Source: Eledone cirrhosa (lineage: Eukaryota). Taken from it: a stretch of 64,000 bases of DNA. The notes under the pieces were generated by a model, which saw only the letters and a list, made by a program, of their open reading frames with translations, did no database searches and was not told the origin of the DNA. Positions within the stretch are counted from its first letter, which is position 1. Every line of letters begins with the position of its first letter. The stretch is from the NCBI GenBank assembly GCA_964016885.1, contig OZ024755.1, positions 44,144,001 through 44,208,000 of the forward strand, read 5' to 3'. This document shows positions 50,591 through 61,600 of the stretch, one piece after another. Position numbers and translations under genes: made by a program.

Positions 50591-52349
50591 ACATATAACG
50601 TGTACCACAGTTGGCAGTACCATCATATACTGTGTACCACAGTTGACAGTACCAACATATATTGTGTACCACAGTTGACAGTACCAACATATACTGTGTA
50701 CCATAGTTGACATTACCAACGTATATTGTGTACCACAGTTGACAGTACCAACATATCCTGTGTACCTCAGTTGACAGTACCAACATATACTGTATACCAC
50801 AGTTGACAGTACCAACATATACTGTGTACCACTGTTGACAGTACCAACATATACTCTGTACCACAGCTGACACTACCAACATATACTTGTACCTCAGTTG
50901 ACAGTACTACCATATATTGTGTACCACCGTTGACAATACCAACGTATACTGTGTACCACAGTTGACAGTACCAACGTATACTGTGCACCACAGTTGACAG
51001 TACCGACATATACTGTGTACCACAGTTGACAATACCAACATATACTTTGTACCACGGTTGACAGTACCAACGTATACTGTGTACCACTGTTGACAATATC
51101 AACATATACTGTGTACCACAGTTGACATTACCAACATATACAGTGTACCACAGTTGACAGTAGCAACATATACTGTGTACCACAGTTGACAGTACCAACA
51201 TATACTGTGTACCACAGTTGACAGTACCAACATATACTGTGTACCATAGTTGATAGTACCAACGTATATTGTGTACCACAGTAAAGAGTACCAACATACA
51301 CCGTGTACGACAGTTGACAGTAAAAACATATACTGTGTACCACAGTTGAATGTACCAGAGTATAGTGTGTACCACACTTGACAGTCCCAACATATTCTGT
51401 ATACCACAGTTGACAGTACCAACATATACAGTGTACCACTGTTGACAGTACCAACATATACCGTGTACCACAGTTGACAGTACCAACATATACTGTGTAC
51501 CACAGTTGAGACTACCAACATATACTGGGTACGACTGTTGACAGTAACAACATATACTATGTACCACAGTTGACAGTACCAACATATACTGTGTACCACA
51601 GTTGACAGTACCAACCTATACTGTGTACCACAGTTGACAGTACCAACGTATACTGGGTACCACATTTGACACTACCAACATATACTGTGTACCACAGTTG
51701 ACAGTACCAACGTATGCTGTGTACCACAGTTGACGATACCAACATATACTGTGTACCACAGTTGACAGTACCAACATATACTGTATACCACAGTTGACAG
51801 TACCGACATATACTGTGTACCACAGTTGACAATACCAACATATACTTTGTACCACGGTTGACAGTACCAACGTATACTGTGTACCACTGTTGACAATATC
51901 AACATATACTGTGTACCACAGTTGACATTACCAACATATACAGTGTACCACAGTTGACAGTAGCAACATATACTGTGTACCACAGTTGACAGTACCAACA
52001 TATACTGTGTACCACAGTTGACAGTACCAACATATACTGTGTACCATAGTTGATAGTACCAACGTATATTGTGTACCACAGTTGAGAGTACCATCATACA
52101 CCGTGTACGACAGTTGACAGTAAAAACATATACTGTGTACCACAGTTGAGAGTACCAACATAAACTGTGTACCACAGTTGACAGTACCAACATATACTGT
52201 GTACCACAGTTGACAGTACCAACATATACTGTGTACCACAGTTGACAGTACCAACATATACTGTATACCACAGTTGACAGTACCAACATATACTGTGTAC
52301 CACAGTTGACAGTACCAACATATACTGTGTACCACAGTTGACAGTACCA

Positions 52350-55300
52350 ACATATACTGTGTACCACAGTTGACAGTACTAACATATACTGTGTACTACA
52401 GTTGACAGTACCAACATATATTGTGTACCACAGTTGACAGTACCAACATATACTGTGTACCACAGTTGGCAGTACCAACATATAATGTGTACCTCAGTTG
52501 ACAGTACCAACATATACTGTGTACCACAGTTGACAGTTCCAACGTATACTGTGTACCACAGTTGACAGTACCAACGTATACAGTGTACCACAGTTGACAG
52601 TACCAATATATACTGTGTAACACAGTTGACAATACCAACATATAATGTGTACCACAGTTGACAGTACCAACGTATACTGTGAACCACTGTTGGCAATACC
52701 AACATATACTGTGTACTACAGTTGACAGAACCAACATATACAGTGTACCACAGTTGACAGTACCAACATATACTGTGTACCACAGTTGACAGTACCAACA
52801 TATACTGTGTACCACAGTTCACAGTACCAACATATACTGTGTACCACAGTTCACAGTACCAACGTATACTGTGTACCACATTTGACATTACCAACATATA
52901 CTGTGTACCACAGTTGACAGTACCAACATATACTGTGTACCACTTTTGACAGTACCAACATATACCGTGTATCACATTTGACAGTACCAACATATACTGT
53001 GTACCACTGTTGACAGTACCAACATATACTGTGTACCACAGTTGACAGTACCAACATGTACCGTGTACCACAGTTGACAGTACCAACGTATACTGTGTAC
53101 CACAGTTGACAATACCAACATATACTGTGTACCACAGTTGACAGTACCAACATATACTGTGTACCACAGTTGAAAGTACCAACGTATACTGTGTACCACA
53201 GTTGACAACACCAACATATACTGTGTACCACAGTTGACAGTACCAACATATACTGTATACCACAGTTGACAGTACCAACATATACTGTGTACCACAGTTG
53301 ACAGTACCAACATATACTGTGTACCACAGTTGACAGTACCAACATATACTGTATACCAGAGTTGACAGTACCAACATATACTGTGTACCACTGTTGACAG
53401 TACCAACATATACAGTGTACCACAGTTGACATTACCAACTTATACTGTGTACCACAGCTGACAATACCAACATATACTTGTACCTCAGTTGACAGTACTA
53501 CCATATATTGTGTACCACCGTTGACAATACCAACGTATACTGTGTACGACAGTTGACAGTACCAACGTATACTGTGCACCACAGTTGACAGTACCAACAT
53601 ATACTGTGTACCACAGTTGACAATACCAACATATACTGTGTACCACAGTTGACAATACCAACACATATAGTGTACCAGAGTTGACAATACCAACACATAT
53701 AGTGTACCACAGTTGACAGTACCAACGTATACTGTGTACCACAGTTGCCAATGCCAACATATACTGTGTACCACAGTTGAGAGTACCAACATGTACCGTG
53801 TACCACAGTTGACAGTACCAACGTATACTGTGTACCACAGTTGACAGTACCAATGTATACTGTTTACCACAGTTGACAATACCAACATATACTGTGTACC
53901 AGAGTTGACAGTACCCACATATACTGTGTACCACAGTTGACAGTTCCAACATATAAGGTGTACCACTGTTGATACTACCGACATATACTGTGTAGCACAG
54001 TTGACAGTACTAACATATACTGTGTACCACAGTTGAGAGTACCACCATATACTGGGTACCACTGTTGACAGTACCAACATATACTGTGTACCACAGTTGA
54101 CAGTACCAACATATACTGTGTACCATAGTTGACAGTACCAACATATCCTGTGTACCTCAGTTGTCAGTACCAACATATACTGTATACCACAGTTGACAGT
54201 ACCAACATATACTGTGTACCTCTGTTGACAGTACCAACATATACCGTGTACCACAGTTGACAGTACCAACATATACTGTGTACCACAGCTGACACTACCA
54301 ACATATACTTGTACCTCAATTGACAGTACTACCATATATTGTGTACCACCGTTGACAATACCAACGTATACTGTGTACCACAGTTGACAGTACCAACGTA
54401 TACTGTGCACCACAGTTGACAGTACCAACATATACTGTGTACCACAGTTGACAATACCAACATATACTGTGTACCACAGTTGACAATACCAACACATATA
54501 GTGTACCACAGTTGACAGTACCAACGTATACTGTGTACCACAGTTGCCAATGCCAACATATACTGTGTACCACAGTTGAGAGTACCAACATGTACCGTGT
54601 ACCACAGTTGACACTACCAACGTATACTGTGTACCACAGTTGACAATACCAACATATACTGTGTACCACAGTTGACAGTACCAACATATACTGTGTACCA
54701 CAGTTGAAAGTACCAACGTATACTGTGTACCAGAGTTGACAACACCAACATATACTGTGTACCACAGTTGACAGTACCAACATATACTGTATACCACAGT
54801 TGACAGTACCAACATATACTGTGTACCACAGTTGACAGTACCAACATATACTGTGTACCACAGTTGACAGTACCAACATATACTGTATACCACAGTTGAC
54901 AGTTCCAACATATACTGTGTACCACTGTTGACAGTACCAACATATACCGTGTACCACAGTTGACAGTACCAACATATACTGTGTACCACAGCTGACACTA
55001 CCAACATATACTTGTACCTCAGTTGACAGTATTACCATATATTGTGTACCACCGTTGACAATACCAACGTATACTGTGTACCACAGTTGACAGTACCAAC
55101 GTATACTGTGCACCACAGTTGACAGTACCAAAATATACTGTGTACCACAGTTGACAATACCAACATATACTGTGTACCACAGTTGACAATACCAACACAT
55201 ATAGTGTACCACAGTTGACAGTACCAACGTATACTGTGTACCACAGTTGCCAATGCCAACATATACTGTGTACCACAGTTGAGAGTACCAACATATACTG

Positions 55301-55600
55301 TGTACCACAGTTGACAGTACCAACATATACTGTGTACCACAGTTGACAGTACCAACATATACTGTGTACCACAGTTGACAGTACCAATGTATACTGTGTA
55401 CCACAGTTGACAGTACCAACATATACTGTGTACCACAGTTGACAGTACCAACATATACTGTGTACCATAGTTGACATTACCAACGTATATTGTGTTCCAC
55501 AGTTGACAGTACCAACATGTACTGTGTACCACAGTTGACAGTACCAACGTATACTGTGTACCACAGTTGACAGTACCAACGTATACTGTGTACCACAGTT
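52350..55600. repeat. Distant copy of the 12,170-15,420 block
   Basis: Rare variants are shared at exactly +40,177: GACAGTTCCAACG (12,361/52,538), GTACGACAG (about 13,370/53,547) and ACCTCTGTTG (14,041/54,218). Confidence 0.88.
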
Positions 55601-58600
55601 GACAGTACCAACATATAACGTGTACCACAGTTGGCAGTACCATCATATACTGTGTACCACAGTTGACAGTACCAACATATATTGTGTACCACAGTTGACA
55701 GTACCAACATATACTGTGTACCATAGTTGACATTACCAACGTATATTGTGTACCACAGTTGACAGTACCAACATATCCTGTGTACCTCAGTTGACAGTAC
55801 CAACATATACTGTATACCACAGTTGACAGTACCAACATATAATGTGTACCACTGTTGACAGTACCAATATATACCGTGTACCACAGTTGACAGTACCAAC
55901 ATATACTGTGTACCACAGCTGACACTACCAACATATACTTGTACCTCAGTTGACAGTACTACCATATATTGTGTACCACCGTTGACAATACCAACGTATA
56001 CTGTGTACCACAGTTGACAGTACCAACGTATACTGTGCACCACAGTTGACAGTACCGACATATACTGTGTACCACAGTTGACAATACCAACATATACTTT
56101 GTACCACGGTTGACAGTACCAACGTATACTGTGTACCACTGTTGACAATATCAACATATACTGTGTACCACAGTTGACATTACCAACATATACAGTGTAC
56201 CACAGTTGACAGTAGCAACATATACTGTGTACCACAGTTGACAGTACCAACATATACTGTGTACCAGAGTTGACAGTACCAACATATACTGTGTACCATA
56301 GTTGATAGTACCAACGTATATTGTGTACCACAGTTGAGAGTACCAACATACACCGTGTACGACAGTTGACAGTAAAAACATATACTGTGTACCACAGTTG
56401 AGAGTACCAACATAAACTGTGTACCACAGTTGACAGTACCAACATATACTGTGTACCACAGTTGACAGTACCAACATATACTGTGTAACACAGTTGACAG
56501 AACCAACATGTACCCTGAACCACAGTTGACAGTACCAACGTATACTGTGAACCACTGTTGGCAATACCAACATATACTGTGTACTACAGTTGACAGAACC
56601 AACATATACAGTGTACCACAGTTGACAGTACCAACATATACTGTGTACCACAGTTGACAGTACCAACATATACTGTGTAACACAGTTGACAGAACCAACA
56701 TGTACCGTGAACCACAGTTGACAGTACCAACGTATACTGTTTACCACAGTTGAGAGTACCAACGTATAGTGTGTACCACAGTTGACAGTACCAACATATA
56801 CTGTGTACCACAGTTGACAGTACCAACATATACTGTGTACCACAGTTCACAGTACCAACGTATACTGTGTACCACATTTGACAGTACCAACATATACTGT
56901 GTACCACAGTTGACAGTACCAACATATACTGTGTACCACTTTTGACAGTACCAACATATACCGTGTATCACATTTGACAGTACCAACATATACTGTGTAC
57001 CACTGTTGACAGTACCAACATATACTGTGTACCACAGTTGATAGTACCAACATGTACCGTGTACCACAGTTGACAGTACCAACGTATACTGTGTACCACA
57101 GTTGACAATACCAACATATACTGTGTACCACAGTTGACAGTACCAACATATACTGTGTACCACAGTTGAAAGTACCAACGTATACTGTGTACCACAGTTG
57201 ACAACACCAACATATACTGTGTACCACAGTTGACAGTACCAACATATACTGTATACCACAGTTGACAGTACCAACATATACTGTGTACCACAGTAGACAG
57301 TACCAACATATACTGTGTACCACAGTTGACAGTACCAACATATACTGTATACCAGAGTTGACAGTACCAACATATACTGTGTACCACTGTTGACAGTACC
57401 AACATATACAGTGTACCACAGTTGACATTACCAACATATACTGTGTACCATAGCTGACAATACCAACATATACTTGTACCTCAGTTGACAGTACTACCAT
57501 ATATTGTGTACCACCGTTGACAATACCAACGTATACTGTGTACCACAGTTGACAGTACCAACGTATACTGTGCACCACAGTTGACAGTACCAACATATAC
57601 TGTGTACCACAGTTGACAATACCAACATATACTGTGTACCACAGTTGACAATACCAACACATATAGTGTACCACAGTTGACAATACCAACACATATAGTG
57701 TACCACAGTTGACAGTACCAACGTATACTGTGTACCACAGTTGCCAATGCCAACATATACTGTGTACCACAGTTGAGAGTACCAACATGTACCGTGTACC
57801 ACAGTTGACAGTACCGACGTATACTGTGTACCACAGTTGACAGTACCAACGTATACTGATTACCACAGTTGACAATACCAACATATACTGTGTACCAGAG
57901 TTGACAGTACCCACATATACTGTGTACCACAGTTGACAGTTCCAACATATAAGGTGTACCACTGTTGATACTACCGACATATACTGTGTAGCACAGTTGA
58001 CAGTACTAACATATACTGCGTACCACATTTGAGAGTACCACCATATACTGGGTACCACTGTTGACAGTACCAACATATACTGTGTACCACAGTTGACAGT
58101 ACCAACATATACTGTGTACCATAGTTGACAGTACCAACATATCCTGTGTACCTCAGTTGACAGTACCAACATATACTGTGTACCACAGTTGACAATACCA
58201 ACATATACTGTGTACCACAGTTGAAAATACCAACACATATAGTGTACCACAGTTGACAATACCAACACATATAGTGTACCACAGTTGACAGTACCAACGT
58301 ATACTGTGTACCACAGTTGCCAATGCCAACATATACTGTGTACCACAGTTGAGAGTACCAACATGTACCGTGTACCACAGTTGACAGTACCGACGTATAC
58401 TGTGTACCACAGTTGACAGTACCAACGTATATTGATTACCACAGTTGACAATACCAACATATACTGTGTAACAGAGTTGACAGTACCCACATATACTGTG
58501 TACCACAGTTGACAGTTCCAACATATAAGGTGTACCACTGTTGATACTACCGACATATACTGTGTAGCACAGTTGACAGTACTAACATATACTGTGTACC

Positions 58601-61600
58601 ACATTTGAGAGTACCACCATATACTGGGTACCACTGTTGACAGTACCAACATATACTGTGTACCACAGTTGACAGTACCAACATATACTGTGTACCATAT
58701 TTGACAGTACCAACATATCCTGTGTACCTCAGTTGTCAGTACCAACATATACTGTATACCACAGTTGACAGTACCAACATATACTGTGTACCACTGTTGA
58801 CAGTACCAACATATACCGTGTACCACAGTTGACAGTACCAACATATACTGTGTACCACAGCTGACACTACCAACATATACTTGTACCTCAATTGACAGTA
58901 CTACCATATATTGTGTACCACCGTTGACAATACCAACGTATACTGTGTACCACAGTTGACAGTACCAACGTATACTGTGCACCACAGTTGACAGTACCAA
59001 CATATACTGTGTACCACAGTTGACAATACCAACATATACTGTGTACCACAGTTGACAATACCAACACATATAGTGTACCACAGTTGACAGTACCAACGTA
59101 TACTGTGTACCACAGTTGCCAATGCCAACATATACTGTGTACCACAGTTGAGAGTACCAACATGTACCGTGTACCACAGTTGACACTACCAACGTATACT
59201 GTGTACCACAGTTGACAATACCAACATATACTGTGTACCACAGTTGACAGTACCGACGTATACTGTGTACCACAGTTGACAGTACCAACGTATACTGATT
59301 ACCACAGTTGACAATACCAACATATACTGTGTACCAGAGTTGACAGTACCCACATATACTGTGTAGCACAGTTGACAGTTCCAACATATAAGGTGTACCA
59401 CTGTTGATACTACCGACATATACTGTGTAGCACAGTTGACAGTACTAACATATACTGTGTACCACATTTGAGAGTACCACCATATACTGGGTACCACTGT
59501 TGACAGTACCAACATATACTGTGTACCACAGTTGACAGTACCAACATATACTGTGTACCATAGTTGACAGTACCAACATATCCTGTGTACCTCAGTTGTC
59601 AGTACCAACATATACTGTATACCACAGTTGACAGTACCAACATATACTGTGTACCTCTGTTGACAGTACCAACATATACCGTGTACCACAGTTGACAGTA
59701 CCAACATATACTGTGTACCACAGCTGACACTACCAACATATACTTGTACCTCAATTGACAGTACTACCATATATTGTGTACCACCGTTGACAATACCAAC
59801 CTATACTGTGTACCACAGTTGACAGTACCAACGTATACTGTGCACCACAGTTGACAGTACCAACATATACTGTGTACCACAGTTGACAATACCAACATAT
59901 ACTGTGTACCACAGTTGACAATACCAACACATATAGTGTACCACAGTTGACAGTACCAACGTATACTGTGTACCACAGTTGCCAATGCCAACATATACTG
60001 TGTACCACAGTTGAGAGTACCAACATGTACCGTGTACCACAGTTGACACTACCAACGTATACTGTGTACCACAGTTGACAATACCAACATATACTGTGTA
60101 CCACAGTTGACAGTACCAACATATACTGTGTACCACAGTTGAAAGTACCAACGTATACTGTGTACCAGAGTTGACAACACCAACATATACTGTGTACCAC
60201 AGTTGACAGTACCAACATATACTGTATACCACAGTTGACAGTACCAACATATACTGTGTACCACAGTTGACAGTACCAACATATACTGTGTACCACAGTT
60301 GACAGTACCAACATATACTGTATACCACAGTTGACAGTTCCAACATATACTGTGTACCACTGTTGACAGTACCAACATATACCGTGTACCACAGTTGACA
60401 GTACCAACATATACTGTGTACCACAGCTGACACTACCAACATATACTTGTACCTCAGTTGACAGTATTACCATATATTGTGTACCACCGTTGACAATACC
60501 AACGTATACTGTGTACCACAGTTGACAGTACCAACGTATACTGTGCACCACAGTTGACAGTACCAAAATATACTGTGTACCACAGTTGACAATACCAACA
60601 TATACTGTGTACCACAGTTGACAATACCAACACATATAGTGTACCACAGTTGACAGTACCAACGTATACTGTGTACCACAGTTGCCAATGCCAACATATA
60701 CTGTGTACCACAGTTGAGAGTACCAACATATACTGTGTACCACAGTTGACAGTACCAACATATACTGTGTACCACAGTTGACAGTACCAACATATACTGT
60801 GTACCACAGTTGACAGTACCAATGTATACTGTGTACCACAGTTGACAGTACCAACATATACTGTGTACCACAGTTGACAGTACCAACATATACTGTGTAC
60901 CATAGTTGACATTACCAACGTATATTGTGTTCCACAGTTGACAGTACCAACATGTACTGTGTACCACAGTTGACAGTACCAACGTATACTGTGTACCACA
61001 GTTGACAGTACCAACGTATACTGTGTACCACAGTTGACAGTACCAACATATAACGTGTACCACAGTTGGCAGAACCATCATATACTGTGTACCACAGTTG
61101 ACAGTACCAACATATATTGTGTACCACAGTTGACAGTACCAACATATACTGTGTACCATAGTTGACATTACCAACGTATATTGTGTACCACAGTTGACAG
61201 TACCAACATATCCTGTGTACCTCAGTTGACAGTACCAACATATACTGTATACCACAGTTGACAGTACCAACATATAATGTGTACCACTGTTGACAGTACC
61301 AATATATACCGTGTACCACAGTTGACAGTACCAACATATACTGTGTACCACAGCTGACACTACCAACATATACTTGTACCTCAGTTGACAGTACTACCAT
61401 ATATTGTGTACCACCGTTGACAATACCAACGTATACTGTGTACCACAGTTGACAGTACCAACGTATACTGTGCACCACAGTTGACAGTACCGACATATAC
61501 TGTGTACCACAGTTGACAATACCAACATATACTTTGTACCACGGTTGACAGTACCAACGTATACTGTGTACCACTGTTGACAATATCAACATATACTGTG

